A stretch of DNA of 64,000 bases. Source: the human T2T-CHM13v2.0 reference genome, Homo sapiens. This document shows positions 13,675-30,291 of the stretch, in pieces. The translations under genes were made by a program, and so were the position numbers. The notes below the pieces were generated by a model. It had not been told where the DNA came from, ran no database searches, and saw nothing but the letters and a program-made list of their open reading frames with translations. Position 1 is the stretch's first letter; every line of letters starts with the position of its first letter. The stretch lies in the NCBI RefSeq assembly GCF_009914755.1, contig NC_060931.1; one strand, 5' to 3'.

Positions 13675-13740
13675 ACAGAAGGACATTGAGCACTTCTTGG
13701 AGATGAGCAGGAACAAGTTCATCGGATTCACCCTGGGGCA
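13675..13740 (+). CDS. STRIP2: STRIP2 exon: QKDIEHFLEMSRNKFIGFTLG(Q)
   Basis: tctcag acceptor, gtaagt donor, 66 bp. Confidence 0.94.
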
Positions 13741-14479
13741 GTAAGTGACTGAATGGCTGGAACTGGCTACAGAGTGGTTCCTAGGGGGCCAGAGGAGCAG
13801 GTAGCTTGGAATGAGGGATGGTGCCTGGTGGTCATAATGTAACCTAGAGCCCCTAGGCCATGGACAACTCCCAGTGACTACTTTGGGTTCTTTCTATGGA
13901 TTTCTTTTTTCCTTGAGTTTCTTCCACTTTTCCTCAAAGAACTTTTGTGTTTTTAGCCAACTGTAGGACTTTGAGCAACAAGTCATTTCTCTTTCGGGCT
14001 TAATTTTTTCCTGAGGTTGTTGGGTTAGATGGTTTCTGTGGGCCCTTCCTGCTCTAATGGGCTAAAATTCTGTGAACAAGAGACATGGTCAGAACGGATC
14101 CAGTCTTCCCCCATTCCCCAGCCTCATGAATCCTTCCCACTGGCCTCTTGAAAATTGAGTCCTTATTAGTGGAGTTTCATAGTCAAGGTGTCATTGGGCT
14201 ATATACCCTTTTAAGTAGGAACCTACCACTCCTACACCAAGTGAGTACCCAAAAGACTATAAAAATCTCCTGATTTCCAGAAACATTTCTGTGTACCATT
14301 ATTATTTTTGTGTCCTGAAGCACTGATGTGGGACCTACGAGCTTGCAGAGGAAGGTCTAGGGTACTGGGGGTAGATGTTGTTGAAAGTAGCATGGTCTGT
14401 TGACTCTAGGGGGGTATTGGGGTATCAGTAGTTCTCGTACTTTGGAAGCTTATGATCTGGTATGTCTGGCCTTTTACAG

Positions 14480-14543
14480 GGACACAGATACATTGGTTGG
14501 ATTACCCAGGCCCATCCATGAGAGTGTGAAGACCCTAAAGCAG
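14480..14543 (+). CDS. STRIP2: STRIP2 exon: DTDTLVGLPRPIHESVKTLKQ
   Basis: ttacag acceptor, gtgact donor, 64 bp. Confidence 0.94.
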
Positions 14544-15263
14544 GTGACTGGGGTGGGCTCTCAGTCTTCAGGGATAGGGAGCCATCAAAGCAGGTCAGAT
14601 TACCAGGCTCCTGGATACTGGGTGGGGCTTTTATACCAGACTCTTTCTGGACCTTCTGCATTCCTCCTGCAGTCCTTTGGCCAAATAGGAAAAATTAGGT
14701 CTCTCTTTACTTACTCAGTTTCCTATATTCAGGTAGATTTTAAAATTCTCCTTTCTTCCTCTCATTTCTTTTTCCTCTTCCCATTCTTCTCTCTCTCTTC
14801 CCATTCCTTGCTTCTTTTTCTTTCACTTCTCTCTGTCCATAAGTCTACTAACTTCCAAAGGCCCAGGATTGAGTAGGAGCCTGCTCTATATCCATTGTAT
14901 GCATGGAGTCATCACTCCATGCATACGTGCACACGCATCAAAATTCTCAGGGCAGTGGTCCAGGGGCAGGGGCCTGTTTCTGACTTCCCCTTGCACTTTA
15001 TTTGAAGATAAATGCTTAGGTATTTGCTGCTCTTCAGCAAATGTAGAAACAGAATTTTAAAAAAACACTGTGCACAAAGCACTTTGACTGGTGCTGATGA
15101 TGCAGAGGTGATTAAGACTCCTTCCTTGAAAGAGTTCATGTCTATGTGGGGTAACAAACCCATAAGCAGAACATTTCCTTGCTTTTGGGGAATTTAAGTA
15201 AGAGACTGGTACACATGTGAATGAGGCCCTCAGCCCTTGTTGATGTCTTCTTATCTTTGTCAG

Positions 15264-15335
15264 CACAAGTATATCTCCATCGCAGATGTGCAGATCAAGA
15301 ATGAAGAGGAGCTGGAGAAGTGCCCTATGTCTTTG
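15264..15335 (+). CDS. STRIP2: STRIP2 exon: HKYISIADVQIKNEEELEKCPMSL
   Basis: tgtcag acceptor, gtgagc donor, 72 bp. Confidence 0.95.
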
Positions 15336-15411
15336 GTGAGCCAAGGAAGCCCTACACAGGAGGAGAGTAGAAGAAAACCTGTCTTCAGTGTTGTCACAGA
15401 GCATGTGTGCA

Positions 15412-17200
15412 TGCATTCATTCAGCATATTAGGCTGTAACTGTGTTCCAGGCAAGACAAGGTCCCTACTTTCATGATATATTGAAGTTGGGGAAGAAAGA
15501 TAAAAAATAAAAAGTTAAGTAAACCAAACTATCAGAGAATGGTAAATACAATGAAGAAAATTTAAACAGGATGACATGAAAGAAGCATCAGTAGACTACT
15601 TAAGATTGGGCAGTTGGAGTAGGTAGACCTCTGAGAAGGTGACATTTAAGCCAAGATCTGAGGGACAGGGATCCAGCCATAGGAGCATCAGAGGAAAGAG
15701 CATTCCAAACAGAGAGAACAGCCTTAGCAAGGGGAAAGCAGGCTTAAGAGTGTCAGAGGTAGTGAAGGAAGGCTGTTGTGGCTAGAGCACAGGGCCGAGG
15801 GCTGGGATCCTAGAGATGGAGTCAGAGAGGTGGCCTGAGGCCACTTTGCCGAGGACCTGTAAGCAAAGGTAGAGAGCTTGAAGTTGACTCGCAGTCAAAG
15901 GGAAGGCAGCCTTTGGAGATTTGAAGCAGGGGAGTGATATGATCTGATTTATGTTTCTAAAAACATTAGCTTCTGTGTAAAGATTGGACCAGAAAAGCAT
16001 AGACGCACTCTACGGAGATTAGTTAGAAAACCCTTGAAATAGTCAAGGTGAGAGATGATGCCGACCTGGATTTGGAGATGTAGCTGACAAGACTTGCAGT
16101 GCATTTGGATGTGGATAGAGAGGCAAAGAAAGGAATCAAGAATAAGTACCATTTGCCAGGATGTGGGGGGAATATCAAGAGTTCTGTTTTGGTCATACTA
16201 AGTTTTAGATGCCCATTAGATACCCATGTGGAGCTGCAGGCAATTGGAAATAAAGTCTAGAATTCTACAGAGAGGGCTGACTTTGAGAAATAAATTCGGG
16301 AGTTGTTTGTAACACTTATAGGCAGTGTTAAAGGCCGTAGAACTGGCTGAGATAACCCAGGGAGGGAGTAGAGACAAAGAAGAGAATGGAAGGCAGGACA
16401 AAGCCCTGGGGCACACCAGTATGTTGAGGGGGGGATGTGTCAGGAAAGGAGCCAGAAGAATATGAAAGACAGTGAAGTGGCTGGAAATCCAGGAGATTAT
16501 GATATCATCATAAAAGCTAAGAAAGTCTTTCAAGAAAAAAGGAGTGATCTGCTGGGTAAAATGCTACTAATAAGTGGCATTATGGTAAGAACCAAGGTGC
16601 CCATTGGATTTGGCAACATGAAGATAGTGACCTTGATAAGAACAACTCTAAGTGAAGTAGTGGGACTGAAAGCCTAATTGGAGTGTATTGAAGGGAATGT
16701 CAAAAAAGGAGGTAGATGATATAAAAGTTTTGTGAAGAGGAGAGAAAGTGGATGGTAGCTGAAGGAAAATGTGAGGTCAAGGGGAGGATGTTTTATAGCT
16801 GAGAGATACTAGAGCATTTTTTGTTTCCTAAAATAAGTGATCCAAGAGAGGGGATAATTGCAGGACTGAGGCATTCAACAAAGCAAATGGGTGTGGGATC
16901 CTGAGCACAAGTAGGAGACTGGCCTTTGTTAGAAGCACAGGCGGTTCATCCTTCATGTCAAGAAGGAAGGAAGAAGACTCTTGGTAGATTTGGTGTTGAG
17001 AAGATGAGTGTGTGCCTGTCTGATTGCTTCTGTTTTCTCCATGAAGCGTGAGGCAGGGTCAGCAACTGTTTAGGGATGGTGGGCAAAGGAGTTGGTTTGA
17101 GGAGAGAGAAGATGGTATGAAATCAGCCTTTTGGAGAGCAGGAAGGCAAACATGCCAGGATTGCCAGGCTCTGTTGAATGTCCATTTAGGACTTACGTCC
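15412..17200 (-). mobile_element. L2 LINE fossil
   Basis: CATTCATTCAGCATATT (reverse complement of the L2 3' end) followed by ~1.8 kb of purine-rich L2-like sequence. Confidence 0.7.
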
Positions 17201-17928
17201 ATTTAAGCAGCAGATTAGTTGTGTGGGACAGAGGGAGGCGGGTTATTCTTCCCTGCCTCAGGGTCTCATGGCAGTGGCCCCTTGCCCTGTAATAGAGGGA
17301 CCTTGTAGGAGGAAGGGAACTGCATTGGTCAAAGATGACAGTGGCCTGAGCAGCTTATTGGGTCCCTGAGACCCCAGCCTCCCCACTCTGATAAAAGGCT
17401 TAGTTAATGTCATCAACAGGACAGAGATAGTTGTATATGAGGGAGCTGGTCAGAAAGGAGAAAGTGATGTAGGGGCTAATGGAGAGGGGAAGAAAATCAT
17501 TTCCATCCACTTAAAAGCTTCTTTGCTAATATTCCTTCCTGTTTCTCCAGTCCATAGGTTACCCAACTTCCTTTTAAACCCACACTATTGAGCCACCTAC
17601 CTCTCCTTCCAGGCTTACAGAACGTTCTAGAGTTTTCAGCCTCAGATCCACACCATAGGAAGTGCTTCTGTAGCATCTGTTCCAGTATCCCAGGTACTGA
17701 AAGGTCATCCAGGCCAACCTGATGGTCCTATTAAAGAGAAAACTAGGACTCAGAAAAGGAATGTGACTTAACCAAGGTCACACAGTGAGTCATTAACACA
17801 GCTAGGGTAGAAACCTAGATCTGACTCCCAGCTTAGTGCTCTTTTCAGGTCACCCCTCACAACCAAGAAAAAAAAGCCTTTGGTCACCTGGAAAGTGGCA
17901 TTGCCAAACCATGTATTTCTTGCCATAG

Positions 17929-18003
17929 GGGGAAGAGGTGGTACCAGAGACGCCATGTGAAATCCTCTACCAGGGAATGCTGTACAGCCTTCCGCAGTAT
18001 ATG
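17929..18003 (+). CDS. STRIP2: STRIP2 exon: GEEVVPETPCEILYQGMLYSLPQYM
   Basis: ccatag acceptor, gtaagg donor, 75 bp. Confidence 0.95.
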
Positions 18004-18153
18004 GTAAGGAGATGGCTAGGCCAGAGCTGCCCTTCTCTGCTGCAAGGAACAGACAGCTAAAAACCATTTCAAGTGGACCTGTCCAACACTTGAGCTTGTT
18101 TCCTGAGCCTTTGCCCCTTTGGCAAGGCATTCTCTGACACATGCAAATTCTGA

Positions 18154-18757
<604 letters not shown>

Positions 18758-19006
18758 CTGGAAAGAACAGTCTTGAAGCATAACAGCCAATGCACTCCCT
18801 CTGGCTTTCTCCCTAGCCTCACAGGCAGGCCTGTCAGGACTGGGCACCTGTTTGCTTTTCTGGATGCTGGGGAGATATGGTCATTGAGGGAAGAACTTAC
18901 AGAATGGCTTTAAAACACTTTTTATAGGGCGGTTAGGGTGTGGAAGAATCACTTCCTTGCTGAGTGGGTTTGACAGTGGTAAATTTCTTTATTTTCTACT
19001 TCTCAG

Positions 19007-19104
19007 ATCGCTCTGCTTAAGATTCTGCTGGCTGCAGCTCCCACCTCTAAGGCTAAGACAGACTCTATCAATATCCTGGCAGATGTCCTACCTGAGGAGA
19101 TGCC
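19007..19104 (+). CDS. STRIP2: STRIP2 exon: IALLKILLAAAPTSKAKTDSINILADVLPEEM(P)
   Basis: tctcag acceptor, gtgagt donor, 98 bp. Confidence 0.95.
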
Positions 19105-19574
19105 GTGAGTGCTTCAACGGGGGCAGCTGCTGGATACTAGCTGTCTTATCTGCAGGCTCTCTCTAGTCCCCACTCACCTTGTTAACACTTACAGAGATTG
19201 TCTCCAAAGAGATCTCCCCGTCTCTGCCCACCAGTACCCCCTTTCCCGTACAGGGCTTTCTGCTTGGCTCTTTTTAGCTCAGAACTCTGGATCTGGAGGG
19301 TGACACCAGTGCCAGCGACTGGCTGCCCAGGTATTTGGGTGAACATTGCCAAGGGATGAGCTTGCCAAAAGAGAGACGGAAACAAAGAGAACAGTGGAGC
19401 ATTTCTTCAGATAGGCTCATAAGTGGGAACTCTGGAGGTTTCCCTGGCACAGAAGTTCAAGTTTCCCAAGTTCTGGCTCTCTTGTGTATATTGTATCAGA
19501 CCCAAATACCTGGATCCCTACAGGGCTCCCTTTAAGGCCACTCTCTGCACTAATACCTTCTCTCCCCATTGTAG

Positions 19575-19701
19575 CATCACTGTTCTCCAGAGCATGAAGC
19601 TGGGCATCGATGTGAACAGGCACAAGGAGATTATTGTAAAGAGTATCTCTACCCTGCTTCTGCTACTCCTCAAACACTTCAAACTCAACCATATCTACCA
19701 G
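19575..19701 (+). CDS. STRIP2: STRIP2 exon: ITVLQSMKLGIDVNRHKEIIVKSISTLLLLLLKHFKLNHIYQ
   Basis: ttgtag acceptor, gtgagc donor, 127 bp. Confidence 0.96.
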
Positions 19702-22312
19702 GTGAGCAGCTAGGAGCACTTCTCCACAGGTCTTGGGTGTTTGCCAGGCCCTATCTCTCAAAGGAAGGATGCAAAGTCCCTTTTAATCCTGATGAGCATC
19801 TTTCAGCCTTTTCTTTGTCCTCTCTCAGGGAATCCAGCCACCCATTGCATGAGCTTGAGGTAGGGTTATGGAGTGGGAACTGTCCTAGAAAGGTGCAGAT
19901 GTCTGTGTCCCTTGTAAGTTATCCCAGAGTTGTGGGTAGGAATCTCTAGCTTCTCAGGAATATGCCCAGCCAGTTTTTAAACAATGCAAGAGAGAATGTA
20001 AGCATTTCACAAAAATGGGGGGGTGGGGGGAGTATGTTGACCGTAGTTTTCTATATGTGAAGCACTTTTCCAACATTTGAGATATAATTCTGAGAATAGG
20101 GCACAGTTCTGGCTCTTCAGGGCCTTGAAACCTTATAAAGGATACAGATATATAAGTAGCCAATTATAGAGAGATAAGTGCACTGATACTGATAAGCACT
20201 GGTTGCTATGGAAACACCTAATCCAGCTTGAGGTGGAGAAGAAATGACTCCTAACCTGAGTCCTAAAAAAACAGATGTTAGCCAGGATATGGGAATTGTT
20301 AGGGAAGGAGGACAGGAGGCATTTCAAGCAGAAAAGCTAATATGCAAAAGTCCAGAGGGGGAAGAGAGAGAGCAAAGTACCTTTAAAAACCGTAATTAAA
20401 TGTTGCTGGAGTTCTGCCTGGGGCGGGGAAAGATGGGCATGGTCTGGTGACACAGGAAGCTGGAGGAATCGGCAAGGAGCAAATCATAATCTATATGCTA
20501 ACACACAATTACTGGGCACCTATCCTGTGCCCAGCACCCTGTTAAGTTTGTCTAGGCCCTCATTTAATTATCTCCACCCTATGAAGTAGTCTTATTTAAT
20601 ACCTCTTTTATACATGATGAAATCGAAGCTAAGAAAAATTAAGAAGCTGCTTTCCCATAAAACATTGTTTGCCATGCTAAGGAGTTTGGACTTGGTTTCA
20701 TGGGCATTGCCAAGATATAGGGACAAGATGGGGACAGCAAATGGATGCTCCTGTCTGTGAGGAGACTACAGGGAAAAAAGGAATGCTTCTCATTTTTGCC
20801 CAGAGGCTCTACCCCATTTTCCTCCTAAGAAGTCAGAATCAAGCTTGCTGGTAGAAGAGCAGGTCCTCAGAGTACAGAGAGGCTTCTGTAGGGTCTATGT
20901 CCATGGCCCTATCAACCAGGGTATTTTTCCACTTTCATACATTCGAAGACATCTTTGGGTATGTTTCATTGCCCTGAGTGCTCCCACTTTTGCCAGTGTT
21001 TGCTGAGCAGCAGCAGGGCTGGGAGGAGTAGTGGTAGGTAGGAGATAGTGTTTCTAGTGGAAAGAGAACAGAGAACTGTAGATGTGTGTTTACTTCTGCT
21101 TTTCTTGGTGGGAAGTATGTGGATTCACAGCCAGACAGGTGGATGGCTTGATGGGCCATGCCAGTGTGTCAGTGAATCCTGAAGGGCCACAGGCACATCT
21201 CAAACTGAAAAAAGTTTTCCATCAGATGATACTGGATATGTGTTGGCTCTTTTGTCTGGGGCTTTGGAAAATACCCTGGATTTTACAAATAAAATAAATA
21301 ACCTTCCAGGGAGAAAATTTTGAACAGAAGAGAGAAGTAGTCTTGGCATAAACTGACTCCACTGCTCTAACTACATACCCAGGGCCATTAGGCAGCTTAG
21401 CTTGCTGCTTGGCTACTTGTTGGTGATCAGAGAGCTGAGGATTTAAAACACCATAGTTCTCTGCTTTTTCAACCCCATTTCTATACTAGAATACTAGGTT
21501 CTGGATCTGGAGATAAACTGTGTTTGACACTCCTTAGTGTATCATGGGTAACATAACCCCCATGACACTGCTCTTATGGCCACCTGTCCCACTGGGTTGT
21601 CCTATATACAGACCACATCTGGATTTGGGAGAGCAGAATGGAGTCTCCACATTCTGGTATTAAGCCTATCAAAGACACCTTAGACTTCTCAGTGCAGTAT
21701 CTGTTGGCTGAAGGGCTCTTGTTCATTCATTTATTAAAACATTTACTAATATTCTTTCCCCCTTTCCCCCATACTCCAAGCGGCCAGTATACTTACTGAT
21801 ATTCTAAATACTAAGGATAATATGGTACACCAGACATACTGGAGCTGGAGCCCAGTGGTCCATTTGGTTATTATGTGCTGTCACCATCCTGACTGAGTGA
21901 TGCCAGCAGTTGCCAAGAGTAAGCTGCAGCTGTCCCTGCTATATCAATCACAGTTGAAACATTATGAGCCAGAGGTTTGGCATGGAAAACGACTCCCTCG
22001 GGGAGCCTTCCTTTCCTGTTGGGCTTAGGAACAAATCTCACAGCAATTCTTTCTATGTATTGGAGTGGGATTTTATTTTCTGGCTTCTTTGTTTTGTGCT
22101 TGTGACATATACTGCAGATTATCCCCCTCCATGTAGGATGGGCTGGCTGAAGATGATTCTTCCCATTTCCCAGACAGGAAGACTGATAACACAAGTGGAT
22201 AGTAGATATTCTCAGGAATGGATATTAGATTTGTATTTCCTCTCTTTTTTTCAAACATACTTTCCATTCTCCTCCAAATAAGCAGCCCTTTCTGCTTTGA
22301 TTTTTAATTCAG

Positions 22313-22413
22313 TTTGAATATGTATCGCAACATTTGGTATTTGCCAACTGCATCCCCTTGATCCTGAAGTTCTTCAATCAAAATATCTTGTCATACATCA
22401 CTGCCAAAAACAG
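22313..22413 (+). CDS. STRIP2: STRIP2 exon: FEYVSQHLVFANCIPLILKFFNQNILSYITAKN(S)
   Basis: attcag acceptor, gtatga donor, 101 bp. Confidence 0.95.
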
Positions 22414-25400
22414 GTATGAACTCTGGACAGGTTTATTTCAAGGGGCTATTTTGGGGTGGTTGAGAAAATTACATCATCTCGGAGCCTTTCAGTTTTCCTG
22501 GTGTCCCTAGTCCCTCCTGTCTTAGAGCTGTCACTGTTAAATTTAATTTCCTTGAAGTGTTAGCTGATGGAGTGTATAGTTTTACTTCTTTAGGGAAGTA
22601 TTTATATTTTAATAGTTTTAAACACTGAAAAATGTCATGACTTAAAGAAATGAAGTGGCAATGATGAATTTTTAGCTCTGTGTCAGGTGGATCCAGGGGT
22701 TGTTTTTTGTGAAACAACCTGCTTGTCTGGCCAGGCGTTATTTTAGTATAAATCATAAGTTGGAGCAATTGGAACAGTTATACTGTTTCATAAACTGTAA
22801 TGTATTATACAAAATTTGTAACTGAAGTTACATAATCGAATTTACTGAGGTACATCAATTTGTAGTTTAAAAAAATAAGGTATTTCACATTCATTATTTA
22901 ATCTCCTCAGCAATGCTAAGAGTTGTTATAAGTTTTATTCTCATTTTTCCAATTAGGAAACAAATTCAGAGATATTAACAAAATTAACATGCTGGTGAGA
23001 CCTCTTAAGTAAGCATCAGAGGCAGGATCAGAACACAGGCTTCCCTGTGAATACAAATTGCTTTCCATTCCTCCAGCCAAGCAGGGACTTGGGGATTACA
23101 GAGTAGATCCTTGTTCCTTAATATTCTACTTTCACAAGAACTGGAAATATGTTAATCAGTAGAGTTTACCAGAGGCAAAATTCCTAAAGTAGAAGTAAGA
23201 GGGCTAATCTCATACTTGGGGTGACTAGAGATATTGCCACACTAGTTTGTCAGTACTGCCTGAAATTCCACCATGGAGAAGGAGCCTACTTATATGTAGC
23301 TTAAAACACACACACACCCTATGGAGCCTGAAGTCATGAGACCTGGATTCGTGACCTGGATCTGCCACTTACTAGTTATGTAATCTCAAGCAAGAAACTG
23401 TTTCTCTGAACCACAGTATTTTCATCTTTAAAATAAGGATAGCTTTTCTGACTATATCATAGAACTTTTATAAGCATTAGTTAATATTGGTATATGTAAG
23501 ATTGCTTTAAACACTTTCCCTTGGGGGTAAGCATTGGAGGATGGGTTTTTCCTAACAATACGGAGACCTGTGCACTGGCCCCTTTAAAACTGGCACTTCA
23601 GATGTGCTACTTGAGTTACCAGGGAAAATGAAAGTACAGGTCAGGCTGTGTCAGGGCCACAACTGCATGCAGGCACCTCTGTGTATCAGTCAACACTCTT
23701 GGTTAAAAGTAACCAAAACTAGCTGGACTACACTCATGCAGAATAGCGACTTTGTCAGAATGAAATGACGTGTCATCCTGAGGAACCTAGGACAGCAATG
23801 CAGCTCTGGACCTCAGGGTTGGCCTGTAGTGTGGGGAGCCCAGAAAGCCTTTCACGTCTATCTGTAAGACACCAGGCCTCTGTATTTCCACTCCAGTTTC
23901 CTCTCTCACTGACAAATTTATCAGTCTGCATTGTTTGCTTCTCAGGCCGCATAGTGAAATACGTCTATATGAGCTAAACATGCCCCACCTCAGAGACTGA
24001 ATTGACTCTTCAATCCCTATTCCAGATTCCCTGGGTTAGAGGTTCACTCCTAGATCAACTGTGGCTAGGGGAGTGGTATACAGAAATTGAATGTTCCTTC
24101 TGCACCCATGGACCTAGAATGGGAGGTACAGACAATTCAATAGATGTCCATTTGGTTCAGTTTGGAGTTGGAAGAGTGGTAGCAACAGACTACACCTTTT
24201 GCTAAGGTTGGCCTGAACAAGATGATCCTCTTATGCACCATCTGTAAGTTTTACTTTTGAATGATCTCTGAGAACTTGGAGATCACAGCTCATTATTGCA
24301 GAATTTTCTCATGGCTCTTAACAATCTAGATGTTCTAGATACTTGTAAATTAATTTTATGCCCCCTTAGGCTAGATTTCAATTCACTAAGAGAATGGAAC
24401 AAATCTATCTTTGATTTCCCACCCCCATTTCCTGGTCGCCGGCAACTACTTTGCCATAGGGCTTTGTCAGTGGGAGGTGGGTGGATAGGTGGATGAGCCA
24501 GCCAAGAATGTTCATCCTAATGGAGCAGTACAGAACTGGCAACCCTGGGAAAATCCAATAGAGTGAATCAAGATGATGAACAACATTACAGGTAGTTTGA
24601 CACTGCCCTCTCCCAAGCTGACCCTTCTCCTCTCCTACCCTGGTCCCCCAGGTTATCTTGGACAAAGGTAAACATTTCTGGCCAAATAAATTGTTGCCTT
24701 TTACTTGTATAGAAGTTTTGACTTTTAAAATGTAGAGACAGGTTCATTATAGCAGTGTGAACTTGTCGTCGTCAAAGCCACTGCTTTGCCAACATCCTTT
24801 ATCCATTTCCAGCTGCACTAGTTCAGATAGGTTGGTGTTCAAAACCTCATGGAACATCAGAACCAGAAGGGGCATTAGAGATTAGCTAGTCCAGATTCTG
24901 TATTGTGTCAGTGAAGAAGGGAGAAGAGGAAAGAGACAGCTGTCATTTATTTTGTAACTATGTCCTTGTCATAATGCAATGCCTTATTTCCCCTCCTAAC
25001 TCATGCCTGCTTCCCTGGGCTCACTACAGAGCTGTAGCTTGCAGTCCCCCACTGTCAGCTATTACCATTCTTGAGTTACTAGATTAGCCTTTCTATAGGA
25101 AACTGCCCCTGTCTCAAGCTTCCTTTAGGAGTGGCTTCTGTAATCATTCCCCAGAGCTCCCAGCTTTCAGAAAGATCTGGTGAGAGACACAGGAGGATCA
25201 TTTCATCCTCCCATCCTCAGATTGTTATCCAGTGGGATGGGTTTGGGCAGTGTCTGTGGGAGCAGTTATATTCACACATACAGTTAAATGCAGAAACACA
25301 AATGCACTCAAGTTTACATGTTCCTTTAAAGAAGCAAGGAGTGCTAAGAAAAGAGGCTCTCTTTCTGCTTTCTTTTGCATCTACCAGATGGGTGCCAGCC

Positions 25401-25611
25401 TCAAAGAACTCATTGGTTCCTCTCATGACAGGAAAGGAGACTGGAGCTAGAGTTGCCTGGCACCAGAGCCCTCATTTCAGCTGAGGTCACTAAGCAATTT
25501 GGGAAATGGATAGGGGCTGCTGGAGAGAAATAACTCCTGCCCTTTCCAGATACAGCCAATTCCTGCTGTTGCCATTTACCTAAAGCCTGTCCTTATCTCT
25601 GCATCTTACAG

Positions 25612-25678
25612 CATCTCAGTCCTGGATTATCCTTGCTGTACCATCCAGGATTTGCCGGAGCTTACTACTGAAAGTCTG
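25612..25678 (+). CDS. STRIP2: STRIP2 exon: ISVLDYPCCTIQDLPELTTESL
   Basis: ttacag acceptor, gtaagc donor, 67 bp. Confidence 0.94.
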
Positions 25679-27723
25679 GTAAGCAGATGGGGATTTGGTA
25701 GCCTTTGAAATTGCTAGGTAGCACAGGTTGGCATTTGCTCTTTCATTTCTTCTCCAACCCCTTAATGCCCTGGTTTGAGAGTCTCAGATCAATGAAGGTA
25801 TATTGGCAAGAGCAGAGATGCAGCAGGGGTTTAGAGTTGCTGACCCAGTTGAGAAAGATTTGGAAAAGTTTAGCGTAGCATTTTTCAGAGAAGAGGAAAC
25901 AGCCAGTGAAAAACACTAAGGAGGAAAAGGAATTTAGAAACATAATGGGACCGAAATTGAGCGTGAATATCTATGCTAAATGCAGGACAATCTCTTCTGG
26001 TCTAGCACAAATAATTATCTGTCTTCTTTCTGCTGTGCTACAGGGAGTTCACTTCTTATTTTCATATAGGTAATAAAACCTAGCAAGCAATGTGTACTTG
26101 AGAAAATACTTTGTCTAAGTCTCTCGGAGGCAAAAGTCTATATAGCCACAAAAGGATAGCCCAGAAAGTTTCTCATCTTGAAAACAGCTCTAGGCAAATC
26201 AGAAAAGTCACTCACGGTTATTCTTAATTCCATGAAACTGACTGAACAACAGCCATACTGAAGATGAGGTATCTACCTCATCATGTATTGCCATAGCTCC
26301 TTAGATAAGCCACAATCCATACCTCCAGCCTGTTGCATTGTAATTATGCATTTGTGTCTGTTTCTTAATTTGACTGTAGAATCCTTGAATGAAGAGGTAG
26401 TATAATCATTTTTATATCCTTAGAGTCTAGCACTTTGTCTGGTACATTGAAGAGCTCAATAAATGTCAAATGATTGAATCATGGCATGCACCAATGGTTA
26501 CTACAACCCTTTGTCCTCCAATTGTAATTCCTGCAAAATGTTGAGTCAGAAAAGTATATTATGCAAAAATAGAATGACAATCTCTGTGGTACAGGTTTTA
26601 TAGAACCATGGGATTCTTGGCTGGAGGGGACTTAAGAGCCATTTGATCCAACCCCCTTATTTCAAAGATGAGAAACCTGAAGGCCCAGTGAATGAAGTGA
26701 CTTGTCATGGTTTACTCCTCATAGGTGACAGAGCCTGAATCAGACATGAGTCAAAAGACCCATGTCCTGAGACACCAACCTAGCACCCTTTTTTACCACT
26801 GGGATAGAGAGATTCCCTGGTCTTATTTAGATGTGGCCTCAGCAGCCAAAGAAGTTGGAAGCTTTTTATTCCTACAGAGAAGTAATAAATTGTCTAACCC
26901 TCTCTATGTTATTTATGATGCTATTCAGTCTTTTTTCAAGTTTTTTATTAAAAAAAATTTTTTTTACCCACACTACAGAGATGTAGCTATTAAATCGTTA
27001 AAACAACTCTATGAGGTTAGTATTACTATTTTATAGATGGAGAAGTTAAATAGCTACCAGTTGAAAGTGGAAGTCAGGGTAGAGAGACATGTATCCCCTG
27101 CCATTCAGAGTTGGAATGAAGAATACATTTTCCACAGAAACAGTGGTACACAGTAGCATTAAAATTCTGCTATTAGTAGGGCATTTCAGAAGATAAAGTC
27201 AACTTTTATGGCCTGAATTTATTTCTTCCTATAATGTGTTTTTTATTTTCAGTTCCAACCCCATTGGTTCATATATAGGAATTGATAGGAACCACACTTT
27301 CACATCTCTCCCAATTGACCTTTGGGATATGTGCATAAAATTACTGAAATGAAGTGAACATAATAATTTATTATGTTTTCTAAGAAGATTTTAATATTAT
27401 TCAGAGTGAAAGCATGTATTTATTCTTCCTGAAAAATAGTCATGCTAAGTATTTTACTACTTTGTGTGAAGCAATAGTGGCACCTGGTGGTTTCATTTAG
27501 TAACCACAGACTTTTTGTTTTGCTTGAATTTTGAATGAGCCCAGTCATGGGCTGCAATAACTAGTGAGTCTATTCCACATAGGTCCTCAGTATGGTTTAT
27601 CTAAACTGGTGACTTCTATGCTCAGAAAAACACTAATGTTCATATGAGTAAGATATATCTGTTTTTTTCAGGCTTAACAAATTGCAAGCACAGAAAACGT
27701 ACTGGCTATTTGAATATATAGAA

Positions 27724-29805
<2,082 letters not shown>

Positions 29806-30291
29806 TGAATTTGAACTGAATTCATTTCAACTTTATATGAAACTCTAAACAGCATGATGAACATGAAATAAAGGTGAGCTAATGGCATATTAATTTCTGA
29901 AGTATTCCCATTTTGTCAAACTAATTAGCTCTTAGATAGGCCATCTTCACCAATATACTAAGTAGTTTCCCCTCCCACCTGGTACAGGAAGTTTAAAAAT
30001 TTGTGTATCTCCAAATGTCGGTATTCATATTCAATCCACTAAACTAGGAAAAAATTGAAATAAAATTCCAAACTTAAATGAAGGATGGTGAACGTATGAT
30101 TATGTGGAAGTTAAGTGTGGTCTTTGAAAGGAGGTTGCTGGAGAAGGCAGTGGATGTGGGCTCAGTATGTATTTTGCAATGCTTAGCATCTGAATGGTTG
30201 TTGAGAGCAGTGGTATGAAATGTAGGCTGTGCAAGGAAATGCTTTGGGGGATGGAAAATATTAAATATTTTATATGTATTATATTGATATC

